Below are positions 16,628-30,134 of a stretch of 64,000 nucleotides of DNA, piece after piece. The notes below the pieces were generated by a model. It saw only the letters and a list, made by a program, of their open reading frames with translations. It was not told the origin of the DNA and did not search any database. The position numbers were made by a program, and so were the translations under genes. Every line of letters begins with the position of its first letter. Position 1 is the stretch's first letter. Source of the stretch: Blastocystis sp. Blastoise (taxonomy: Eukaryota > Protista > Bigyra: Opalinata); assembly GCA_039096225.1 (NCBI GenBank), contig JBBPEB010000014.1, forward strand, positions 1,984,001 to 2,048,000. The letters run 5' to 3'.

Positions 16628-19198
16628 AAAGATCATATATATATAGATCATATATATATATATATTGATATTTATAGTCTCTTTGTATTTTATGATCTAA
16701 AATCTATTTTGATCTTATTTTTGTTTATAATGTTTATATATATATATATATATATATATTCTTCCTTAGTTGTATCTTTTTTTATATACTATTTTCTGTA
16801 TAACAATAATTTATTCATATATTTTTTTATATATTCTTAATCTTTTGGGTTTTATATGGATATTTATATCATTTCTTACTATTTAATATAGACAAATAAC
16901 TGTCACTCTTAGTATACTACGAATGCTCTCCTATTATATATCAAACTATATGTATTTATATTTATTTGTTTTTATTCTATTTTATACTTTATTAGGTATT
17001 TATAATATTCAATTCAATGAATATTTAATTATTTTTTTTTTTTTATTTTTATTTATATTCAAATCTTACTTTTATTTTTCTTATTTTATTTATTAGCATT
17101 TTATTAATCAACGTTTTACATTTGTACAATTGATAATTAAAGTTTTATTCTCTTTTATTTTATTAACAAAAAAAATTACATAGATATATATTTATTTTAT
17201 TATTATCAAATCATTTATCATCATATTTTTATGTATATAATGTATACTCTTTATTCATCTATATACATATTTTGGGTTATTTTATAATTTTCTTCTTTTC
17301 TTTTTCTTTTATTTTTTCTTTTATTTTTTTATTATCCTTTTATTTTTAAAACAAAATCATTATTTTAATTTAATTTCAATCCTATTCATTATTATTCTTT
17401 TTAATATTTATATTAAAAAATTCTATAAATATATTTTTTTTTATTGTTGCAATCATATTGTGATGCTGTGTATCATATTTTTATGACATATATATTTAGT
17501 AATACTGTTGATAATACTTATATTATACTATATATTTTTTTCTTGTACGCTTATATATTCGTCATAATAATAGGGTTATCTTCTATTTTCTATTAGAGAT
17601 ATATATTAATACGTATATATGTTTATCGCGTAGAAGATTAAATGTTTATTTTTATTTTATTTGGGTTTTTATTTATTTTAATAGTTTTTAAACTTCTGGG
17701 ATTATTAATCATAATATTTATTTATATTTATTGTATATATTTTTATATTTGTAGATTATTATAGTATTATCTATATTTTGTATTATATCCTATCATCTTT
17801 TTGATTATCTATTTTATATACAATAAAGTTTTATATATATTTATTTATATCGTATAAATATTTATATCATGTTTATTGTACTTTATAGATAAATCGATTT
17901 AAATCTTTTTTTTTCAATCCTTGTACTATATTTACCAGTAATGGATATCTATATATTACTTCATATTTATTTTCTTTTGTTCCTTATTTATCATTATTTT
18001 TTTTTTATTTAAATTTTTATTTTAAAATTTCTTTTTTATAAATAACAATATTTTTATCATATACTATTCCTCTATTTTTAACTATTCTTTTTCTTGCAAT
18101 TGTACTCTTTATTAATTAGCTGTTGTATATGTTTTGAGTCTATACTATAGATTATCTGCTTCTTTTATAATTAAATATATTAGTTGCTTTTTTTTAACTC
18201 GAACAATTTCATACAATCAATTCCATTGTCTATTCGACTCTTTTTTTTTTGTTTATTCTCATTATAAATTTTATATATACAAATCATTTATGGTAGTATA
18301 TTATAATATATTTTATTCAATTATTATTATTCTTTATTCTTTATGTACTATAAAACTACTTAATACATGCGACTTGGATTTTCAAAAACGCTTTTTATAT
18401 GTATATTTTAATTTATCAAAAATATCATCATAGATTAGTATTATTGTAATACAACTGAATATCATGAAAAGATATATAAATATTTCTTACATTTTCTTTA
18501 ACTATATTCACTATAAGACATTTTTGAGCTTTTAACAAATATGATTGGCTATCTATGATTATTAGTCCAATCAATTTGTTTAAAATGACAAAACTGTCCG
18601 TAGTGATTATCATTTTGTGATATTTTTTTACAAACGTCATCTATTTTATATATATATTTATTGTGTTTTTGTTCCATTTAAAGCATATTTAATGTTTGGT
18701 GTATATCTTAAAAATGTACAATATTTTTTCTTCTCATCACTCAACAACTATCACTGGTGGGCAGCTTTTTCCCTTTTATACCAGGTTCCCCATAAATTTA
18801 TACCAAAATTACGAAAAAATCGGTCTTTAATTTTTTTTATACCGACGAAAGTAATTTATACCACAAAAATAAAAATAAACTTGGTATAATGTTGTGTAGA
18901 CACTCATATAAATTCGTTGTTTTATATTTATATATTTATATCTAAGAAATTGATAGTAAGATGTTTTATTTGTATATTAACTGATAATTTAAGACTTTCT
19001 ATAACATATTCAAGAAATTATCCACAATATCTAGGACAATCATTTTTAATTTTGTTCGGCAATTTGCTTAATTGAATTATTCACGTATACTAACGAATTC
19101 ACAGACTCGAAAGAACATAGAATTGAATATGAATTATGATAAAGTTGCCATTCTTATGAATGTCAGAAAATTGTCACTGGCGGACCATTTTCTTGTCC

Positions 19199-19216
19199 AG
19201 GGTTAGGGTTAGGGTT
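19199..19216 (+). repeat. Telomere-like (AGGGTT)3 inside the CACTG element
   Basis: Sequence agggttagggttagggtt, ~24 bp after a second TIR-like motif CACTGGCGGACCATTTT at 19175. Confidence 0.8.
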
Positions 19217-19493
19217 TGAGTTCAGTTTAAGACAAAAAAAGAAAAAAATCGGTCGAAAAAAAGTCTTTAACTAACAAAAGAAAAAATGTATAAAAAAAAT
19301 TTATTTCTTTAAAAAATCAAAAATTTATTTTTAAGCTTATCCAGCTTTGTTGATTGCTTTTCATTTTTTTTCAAGCATCAACTATCTCAGGAAGTCTGTG
19401 AATCTTTATACTAGTAAATATTTTATAATTATTTTATATACAAATACTTAATCAGTAATTATGTTATCGTTTATTTATTTTTAGAACATATAG

Positions 19494-21571
19494 GTGTCAC
19501 CAACAGTTTCAAGCCTTCACTTTAGTCACGCAGATCTCTTCAAAAGTATATAAATATAAAATATAATAATTTTGTCTAATTTCTATTTTATTTATTTAGG
19601 TTATAATTGAATGAGATCATTCAATTTGGTTGAATGGTAGTAATGGATGGTTTCAAATCAAAAAAATTTCAAAACAAATCAAAAAGGAGAGAATGGGAGA
19701 CATTCATTTTTGTATATATTTATTATTATTTATTTTTTTATTTATTTTTACTTTATTCACTATCTATATTACTCTAGGGTTATTATTGAGTCTTGAAAGA
19801 GTTGCTTAATTGAAAATAAATTCTTTCTTTTTAATTTTTAGGTATATATAAATATTTTTATTATTAGTTTTGTATTTTTATAATATTCTATTTTCTTATT
19901 TTAGATGTAAATTGAATTATAATATATTGGAGAATATTGTTTTATATATTTATTTTATTTTAGATTTATTTATTCACATGTTTATATAGATTTGAATGTA
20001 TAAAAATTTATATTTTTTATTACTCTATATATTTATAAATTATTTATTATCATTATTATTATATATATATTTTTTATATATTCATTCTATTTATTATTTA
20101 TATAGTATCATTTGATTAATTGAACAATTATATCAAAGTTCATTATAGAAAATTATTGTATATATATATATATATATATATTATTATATATTATTATATA
20201 TATATTATATATATATATATATATTATTATATATATATATATTATTATATATATATATTATTATATATATATATTATTATATATATATATTATTAAGAAT
20301 ATTTCTCAATTTTTTCAATATATTTTTAAATTATTAAAATGATTTTGTATTATATATATAGGCATCTAATACTATTTGAATACTGAGAATTAATCAGCAT
20401 AAAGATAGAACATAGGTTATTACTACTTGCTTTCATTATAATATGGTATATATATATTATATATTGTAGTATTTATTATATATCTATGTCAATAGCAGAA
20501 TAAAATATTTAGAATTAAAGAAAACAGTTATTATTATATTGATTATGACGAATCTTAAATGATTTATATATATAATTATGTATATATATATTATTATATA
20601 TATTATTATATATAATGTTTTCTATATACATATATTATTATTATATTGTTTATTATATATATATATATATAGTTTTTCAGTATAATAGAAACTAGACAAT
20701 TGAATAAATTCTTATAGGGAAAAATATAGAAAAGTTTATTCCTTTTAATAAAAGGATTTGGAAAATTAGTATATTAATAATTTTGTTTATATGGATTAAT
20801 CTCGATTATATATTTATATATATATCTTTATTTATATGCATTTTAATGTTATTATTGTAAAAAAATAGTTATATATATATTATTATATTATTATATATAA
20901 TTATATTATTATTATCTTTATTATTACTATTTTTATTTCATAGATATATATGAATATAGATATAGATAGACTTCTCTCGATTGTAATAAGAATGGGTTAG
21001 TGTCAAGAGAGTCTCACTATTTATTGCGAGTTCAGTTTATTTGGAATTATATCAAGTTAAACATATTATTATAAAAGTATATATTTAATTATAATATTTC
21101 CAAATAAATATATTATTATATGTATCTATTATATATAGTTTAGTATCATGAAAAGAAAGTGGTAGAGAAGTTACTATGAACCCTCAAAAATGTCTTTTCT
21201 TTTGGTTAATCTGTTTTATATGGTTTAACATACTATTATGTATATTATTAAATATATATTACTGTTATTACACTTTATATATAACATTATATATTACTAT
21301 ATATTATAAATTCATTTTAGCTTTCTCTATCTATAGTTATATATGTATTAAATCAACAAGGTGATATTATATATATGTTTTGAATATTGTGCTTGTTATG
21401 ATATGAATAAAATATAAAATAAGAATTCGAGATTATTCATATAAGTATATATATTAAAATTACTATGTATTTATTAATTTATATTATAATATATATATAG
21501 TTAAATATATTTATGATTCTTCTTTAGTAGAGAATCACAGTTTACATAAAGTATATATTATGTATATACAA

Positions 21572-21613
<42 letters not shown>

Positions 21614-22000
21614 TTTAGCTACTATTCTATATGTATTTGTCTATATTTATTTTTATATAAACATATATAGTGTAAGAATACATTATTCTTTCTTGAGTAC
21701 TCAATGAAATTTATGTTATTTGTTTCTGGTACTACTATCTCTCCTATAGTATATAATGTTATTATTATTATATCATTTTTTATATTTATATGTATATATT
21801 ATTATACATAAAACTATATATATATATACATATATGTTATTATATACGTTTAACAAACAATTTAGAATACTATATCTATTATATCTATTTATAAATAGAT
21901 CATTTTTCCGTGATTCTTCTTATACTTTTACCTTTAGAATTAATATACTTAAGTAGAAAATAAATGCCTTAAAATGAGATTAATTACTCTTAATTATTGA
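19494..22000 (+). pseudogene. Decayed intron-rich gene inside the CACTG element
   Basis: Short exon-like blocks alternate with host-style GTAT...TAG introns. The exon-like blocks contain stops in the apparent frames, and no family could be recognised. Confidence 0.4.
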
Positions 22001-24770
22001 ATTCTTCAACTAATTAATATATACATATATAATAAAAAGAATAGATAGAAATGAAGACTAATGAAATGAGAGAGTTTTATTTATATAGAGGAATGTGTTG
22101 AATGTTTCAGTATATATATATTCATTTATTTATATTTATTTATATCTATTTAAATATATTTATACTTATTTATATCTATATATATCTATTTATATCTATT
22201 TATATCTATTTATATCTATTTATATTTATTTATATCTATTTATATTTATTTATATCTATTTAAATATATTTATATTTAATTATATCTGTTTATATTTATT
22301 TATATTTATTTATATTTATTTATATATCTGTTTATATTTATTTATATTTATTTATATATCTGTTTATATCTATTGTATATATATTTTTATCTATTTATAT
22401 CTGCTTAAATATATTTATATAGATTAAATAGATATATAATTATTGTAATTCTTTTCTCTACTACTATTACTCTTTCTCTTAATCAGTATTCTATTTTAAA
22501 AAGATAATATATACAATGGAGAATGAACAATATATACGTATATGTACATATAGGTTATATACATGGATTATATATATATAGGTTATATAATAAATGTTTT
22601 ATATATATATAAATCTATCCTAAATTAAAATAATCAACTAGTATTTATTAACTCATTCTTATTATAAGTAATTATATTATATTGTTGTTTTTATATTTAC
22701 TTTTTATTATATATATATATTTTATTATTATAATATTAATAAATTATTTTATTTATTCTCTTTGTATAATATATAATAGTTATTAATCTTTTAGTTTTTA
22801 ATATGATTTTAAGTGAAAACAATTGAAAATAAAGCTTATATATATATTTATAATATTTTTAGAAAATATTTTTATTTATTGAAAATAACCTTAAAACCAT
22901 TTAATTAAGCTTTTTAAAAGCTAATTTTACACTTATTCATCTCTACAAGTGTATTGCTATTAAAAGAAAACATAAATATAATAAAATATTTTATCTCAAT
23001 ATTTGTTAATCAGTTTGATAAAAGTTCATTATTTGTATATATTTTGACTCAAAACGACTCACTGACAATCAATCAACACTATAACGTCAATAAAGCTCAT
23101 AAGTAAAACAAATATGAAAGTAATTGCCTTCAAGAATGGAAGTTTTTTACACCAGTAACCTTAAAACCATTGTCAGAGTACAATTTATATATTTATAAAC
23201 AACCATATTACACAAGCATTAATATATACATTTTTCTTAACTTCAAAGTGAAGTTTTACTAAAAATATTACAGAGTCGAAATAACCCCTGGATTTTAGTA
23301 CTTTTCTTATATATAAAAAAATTCATACAAATTCATATTCAGGGCCATGCTTATTCTTTTTTCAAGAAAACACTTACAAAAATCTTTATATTTATTAATA
23401 TTTATAAAGTTGGTTGTTTTCTTTAAAATGGTATTTTTTTTTCATTCCCTATATATCTATTATTCTATAGCTTGTATATATAACTCAAATTATTCAAAAA
23501 TAAGCACAGATTCTCTTCGTGATTATAAATATAGCTTCTTCTATAACGATCAGCTGACCAGAAATAACTTGATTTCAAAGGTAACCTCTCTTGTTGTTCT
23601 GCTTCAAGGAAATGCGATTCTCCATGAGCTCTTAAACTGTATGTATTTATTTATCCTTTTATTTATTACATTTCTATAATTATATTTTTATAGGTTCCTT
23701 ATATGAGTAGAAAACAAAGTCCCTCGGTCAAAATTAAATAATAGTTTTTTATATTTTACTTTATTTAATTGTTTATTCTTTTATTTTTTTGTATTTTGTT
23801 ATTTTTATTGTTTTTTATGCTTAAACAACTAAAATATGTATTAAAAGAAGACAAAGAAATAATGTGTTTAAAACAGTCTAAAATAATCCTAATGAAAGTC
23901 TAAAATGTAAAATAGATGTTGTTATGGACATTTTTATCTTATATATATCAACAGTAAATACAACCACTGTCATTATGGAATACCAAAAAAAAACATTAAA
24001 AATAAGTCGTAGTCATAAAAAGATACATGGCCCGTCACTATAGGAATACAAAACCCACCATAAGTTTATACCAGGAAAAGTCCTGTATATACCAGAAAAT
24101 CACTTTTTTTATACCAAAAAACAGCTAGGGTGCATACCAGAATTTTCACGATTTTAAAAAGCTGCCCACCAGTGTATTAGTATATAAATGAATAATTCAA
24201 GTATTATCACATATAAATTAAATAACATCAATGATCTTGAAGAGAATAAAATATATATATATACATAGTCTAATATATATATATATAAGACTTTCATAGA
24301 TGAATTATTTTAATATTTGAGTTTTTATACCAGTTTGTTCTTTTAATAGATATATAGATGTTATTCTTTTTATATAATAAAATATAAACTTTATAAACTT
24401 GCATTAGTAAATAGATAATTTTAAAAAATACAAATATAAAACCATCTCTTTCAAAAAAAAATAATGATATCTATTAGTTATTATATACCCATAAAAACAA
24501 TAAGATATAAGACATAAACTGATTAAAGTGATGAATGATATATTTGATATACATATAAAGAATAAAATATTTCAAGTCATTATCAAATGAAATATCTCAT
24601 AATTAAATATATAAATAAAACAAAAAACCATACAATAAAATAATATACACAGGAAAATAATTAAAAACATAAAATTGAGACCAATCATATAAATATCACA
24701 TATATCACATCAATTCTAAGAAATTATATCAATAGAATAAATAAATATACAGTGAACCAAACGAGATCAT

Positions 24771-25081
24771 TTATTCATTTGTATCAAAGAGATCACTAAT
24801 AAAGACTAAGAATTCTGAGAATGTGATATTTCCACTATTATCAATATCAACTTCATTAAAAGCTTCTAACGATTGATTATCATCTACATCAGCACCTAAG
24901 CTTTTCAATAAGATTTTAAATTCTTTGAAATCAATTGTATTGCTGTTATCCCCATCAAGACGTCTGAATGCTAAATAAGTTTTATCAATCTAAAAAATAA
25001 TTAATGAATAAAGAAATGTAAGAATAATTTTTATAAACATAAGACACATACAACACTAAGAGGTAAGTTTATAACACCCAT
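24771..25081 (-). CDS. Small two-EF-hand protein (82 aa), paralog of 10839-11166
   Basis: Exon 25081-25052 (MGVINLPLSV), intron 24990-25051, exon 24989-24771 with loops DGDNSNTIDFKE and DIDNSGNITFSE. The phase-0 intron is at the same position as in the paralog. Confidence 0.85.
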
Positions 25082-25615
25082 GATCAAGAAAATAAAGAAT
25101 AAATAGATAAAGATAATTCACAAAATCTTCTACTTGTTATCTAAACCTATTTTCAGCATTTCATTCAGTTTTCAGTTCCTCTCAAAGAAATTCTGTTTTT
25201 CTGTTTTAAATAATAACGGGGATATCTTCTTCTCATTATTTTTGTTTTCAAAAGGAAATTTGTGAATAGGCAAGTATTATTATTATAATCTTTAGTTATA
25301 GTATATATTATTTATGTTAGAAGGATTATCAAAGTTGTTCTAAGTAGTGTTGGCAGCACTCATTTTATAGATAATTGTTGACTTCGAACATTTTATTAAG
25401 TTTTATCGAAGATATAGTGATATTTATTAGTGTATAAACTCAGTCATAAGTACCAATAGTGACTTTATGAAAATATTTTTAATTTTTTTATTAATATTTT
25501 TAGTTTATGGCAAAAAAACTCTTCATATATTTTTCAAAGTTTTTTTAATTGTTTAATAATAAATGAAATAGCAAATAATAGCAAAAATATAATATTTAAA
25601 GTATTGTTTGAAACC

Positions 25616-27007
25616 CTAATATAATATATAAATGTATTTATAGGAAGATATAAATATTTATAATGATTGTTCTTCATAAAAATCTTTATGTAAATTAAAT
25701 AATCGAATTATTTCATTATAACTTAATGATTTAATATTTAAATTAGCCTAGAAGATATATATTGAATTTAGAGTATTGATAGTATATAAAATATATAAAC
25801 TGTATTTATAGTATTATAGTAATTAGAATATATATATAGTATATAGAATATATATATAGTATATAGAATAGAATACTTTGAGTTTATTCATAATATTATG
25901 ACGTATATTAATATCCATATTATGTTGACTCTCTATGGCATTCACAGCTGTAGCGTAACCCATAAATTGACTTTTACTAAAACCAAATAAACTCACATAA
26001 TCATTACAATACTATATATGTTATTATTATTATAAGTATACTAATAATAATAATATATATATAATAATAATATATATACTTGAAATGATTGTTGAGAAGA
26101 AGGATGACAAAGCATATCGATTTGATTCTGAAGAATCTTTATCACGTGTTTTAACACTTGTATTTGTTGCTATATATATATTAAAATGAATCAACAATGA
26201 ATACTATATGAATATTATGAAAACAGTATAAAATAGAAAAGTATATAGATATATATATATATATACAATATCTTTAACAACACGATAAGTGACACAATCA
26301 TAAAGGTATTTATCGATTTGAGTTGATATCGATGTATATATAGAGATTTGCATGTCTTTTGAGCATGTTTGAAGTACATATTGAATGTGAACACCATGTA
26401 TTAAGAAATATATATACAGTAGAAGAACAGAGAGTATATATATATATATATATTATAAAATAGAGAGATAAAGTGTATAAATCAAGAATAATTGTAATAT
26501 AGTTATAGAGATATAATATAAGGATATAAATAGAGAGAGATGAAGTATACAGTCTGAAAGGAATGGAGGAATATAATAACCAATATAAAGAGTTTTATTT
26601 TCTGAAGATAAACTATCGAAATAGGATGATATATAGAGTTGAATATCACTCTTAAAGTGAGTCATACATTCAGATGCTATAGAAGATAGGAGTGAAATAT
26701 ATAATAACAAGAATGAAGAAAGAGAATAAGCAATAAGAAGAAGAAGAAAGAAGAAAGATGAAAGAGATTATATTATAACAACAATACTAATTAGAAGAAG
26801 AAAGACGAAAAAAATATAAATATCTACATACTCATAGAATCGACTATTGAATTATATATAGCATGTAATTCATTGATGAAGGGTTTAAAGAGATCGAAAT
26901 CATTTGAAATGGCGGCATCATTAGTGGCGGTAGAAACAGAAGAAGGTGCGTCATCAGTAGACTTATTTTTATTTGTAGATAATGTTGAATATAATGATTT
27001 AAACATA

Positions 27008-27052
<45 letters not shown>

Positions 27053-30000
27053 GATGGAAGACATAGTAGATTTACCATAGAATTTCTATATATATAAAGA
27101 GAAATATATTATTATATATACAAGTAAAGAAGACACAGATTGATCATTTTTCTATAAATATAATAATAAATATAATATAGAATCATATATTATCTATTAA
27201 AACAGTATACTTGATATATAAATATAATATATAATTATATATTCATATACATTGGATTCTGAATATTTCTGAATGTTGATGAATATATCTTGTTTGGATA
27301 TATCTTCAAGAAACTGAAGAAGAAGAAGAGCTGACTGAGAAAGACTACTCTCCAAACCAAAGATAGAACTACTATTATTATTCATATATACATTAGCCAT
27401 TGAGAATGAAGAATCAAGGAAGGGATCGCTGTTAGGTATTGAAAGAGGGTTTTCTAACGGCAAGGAGGGATCCAATGTTGAAGTAAATAGAAGCGTATAT
27501 CCGTTACCAAAGTTGAGTACGTCATGAGCTTTTATAATACGGGAGATCATTCTATAGAAAGAAGAGGAAATATATATAATTATATTTATAATAGATATAA
27601 TAATATATTTAGTATTTTAATAATTATATGATTATATGTAATTATATTTATAATTGATATGATAATATATTATTATTGTAATAATTATATGATTACAATA
27701 TAGACTATAGTAAATATATATATATATACTGATTAAGTAGAGGAAGATACACTTTGCAGAAATACTCGATTTGTTTATTAATATCATTAAGAATTTCAAG
27801 TTGATGGAATACTTGACTTAGCATATATAAGAATAACTATATATATATATTTAACTAATAATAATATATATATATATACATATATAGAATAGATATATAT
27901 ACAGTAATACAAGTAGGAGACGATCGTTCATCATCTATATATAAGCATATATATATATATATATATATAAGCATATTTATACCTTCTAAGGGAACTGTAT
28001 TCCAATAATTGGGGATATATATAGTTTTGGAGGATGGAAGAAGGATGGCGGTAGTACTGGGATCCCCCTCTTTAAAGGAGAATATAGAAGAAGTAATAGA
28101 CATAAAGTGAAGGAGATCTGAGGATAACCATACAGAGAAATACTATATATATATATATATTCACATAAGAAAGAATAATAAATAATAATAGAAATACCTT
28201 ATCTTCCATAAAAATATTCATAATTGAGAAATCAGTTGTTTCAATAGATATATCGACTAAAGAAGAAAGTTTTTTTTCAAATAGATTTGCTTCTTTCAGC
28301 ATATTTAAGAAGTATTCAGCATCTAAAGATAAAGATATTCATAATAATAATAATGGTACTCAATAGATATAAATAAAAGTGACAGAAAGAATACCTTCAT
28401 TAGTAATAGCATGATAATCCCCCTTATAATGGCCAATAATATCGTTTAAATCCTTGTAGACACGTGTCTGGAGTGATTTATAAATCAATTGAATATAATG
28501 TTCCTATAAGTATATATATAGAATAATAGTATAAGATAATAGTTATATATATATATAGGAGAGAATAGAAGTATAACGTGATATATGTTTAAAGAGATAT
28601 ATTGATTATCAATAGTTATTATATATATATGTATAATATACTGTGATGATACGCATGGTGCGTCGATCTGTGACGAGTAGAGGGAAGAGAGAGGAGGAAA
28701 GGAAAGAGATATTATTATTCATAAGGGTATATACCCAATCAAAATAACTATATATAATAGGAGATATATAGCATATATATATGTATATATATACATATCT
28801 GGCTTATCAAAGGATACTTGAGAGTATTCAGACAAGAAATGATGTTGAAAACGAATAGTAAAGGAGGATAATAATACCTATATAATATATTATTATATTA
28901 TTATTATTATACATATATGTACTTCAAACACATAATCAGCTGATTTTAAAGGAGATTCTTCTTCTAGTGTCGATGGAGCCAGTTTCTCCTGAATGATAAT
29001 AACATCGTCAATTGCTGATTTCAAAGAATCCAGCTGTTCCTAATATATATATATATATAGATTATAGAATAAAACAGAATATACATACAGAACTAATTCT
29101 TTCCTGAGAGGTTTCAGAGAGAGGGTAATTACATCTATATAATAATATACCTGATACATATATATATACTGTTTTAATATTGCTTTGAGTTGATTTTGTC
29201 CTTGAGTTTTAATTTCATTATGTATATACTTAAATCGTTGAGATATGCACGTCTATATACAGTTATTATTACAATATATATTATAATATTTATTGAATAA
29301 ATTGAAATACACAATATAAGTATCATTAATACCTTATAAATTGAAATACAGACTATTATTATAATAAAAGTATAAGAATCACTAAGAAAGTGTAATACAT
29401 ATATATATATACAACAATTTCTGTTTTATCATCTAGGATTTTATCGATATTACTTTGTGCATAAAGTTCTTTTGTATTCCCAAAGGTAGCGAGAGCATTC
29501 ATATATTTTCCGTCAACTAATAATTGACGACAGACTTCGGTTTGAGATAATATATTCTGTATAGTAACTGCAAAAGAAAGACGTAAAACACATCTCTAAG
29601 GAGGAATATTTATAGATATTTATATAAAGAGAAAGAATATATATACATTATAATCACGAGCTGCTGATAATAATTCATTTTGATTGTCATTTGATGATAG
29701 TAAAATTTGATTAAACTGTTCTGTAAATGCTCTTTATAATATAAAAAGAATTTAAATAAATATATATAATAATAATTTCAAATATACTCTATGTTAACAT
29801 GATTTTTCTTATAAAAACTAGTTTGTTCTATCATGGCTTTCAAGATTTCCTCTTTAAGAGCATCCATTTCTGCTTTCATTTCATTCCTTTTAACATTTAT
29901 ATCTTCATAATGGTGTTGAATATCCGGTAAAATCTTTAGAACCTCATCCATCACAGGATAATTCTGCTCATTTGTTGCATCATCAATTGGAAACAGATTT

Positions 30001-30134
30001 TCAAAGTATCTATATCATGAATATCATAAATAAGCGCATTATATATTTAAAAAAGGATACTCTTTCACTTGAAATCTACCATTTTCATCTTTTTTATGTA
30101 GTAATTCGATACAATCAAGCTTTTCTGAAGGCAT
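25616..30134 (-). CDS. Vps50/syndetin (EARP; CATCHR family)-like subunit, many exons
   Basis: Start MPSEKLDCIELL. Collinear resemblance to Vps50: EVLKILP plus coiled coil; RQLLVDGKYMNAL..TCISQ (cf. EMLEEEDYPGAI..SCISE); SLQTRVYKDL (cf. GLTRIWQDV); IFGLESSL (cf. LYGLAERV); NDYVSLF (cf. ENYIKAY). The 3' end is approximate. Confidence 0.55.

Larger units (their letters stand above)
18752..24174. mobile_element. CACTA/EnSpm (CMC)-superfamily element with CACTG ends, 5423 bp, apparently non-autonomous
   Basis: Perfect 19-bp TIR CACTGGTGGGCAGCTTTTT at 18752-18770 and 24156-24174. 3-bp TSD TAT at 18749-18751 and 24175-24177. TATACC subterminal motifs cluster at both ends. No intact transposase inside. 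Confidence 0.9.

Noticed and set aside
22095-22427. Y/I/L-rich ORFs here and elsewhere (e.g. 8126-8770, 17000-18900, 21176-21956)
   Set aside because: Read-through of AT microsatellite introns or low-complexity intergenic DNA.
23428-23710. Possible small spliced gene near the right end of the CACTG element
   Set aside because: Only ~60 codons with no recognisable motif, which is insufficient support.
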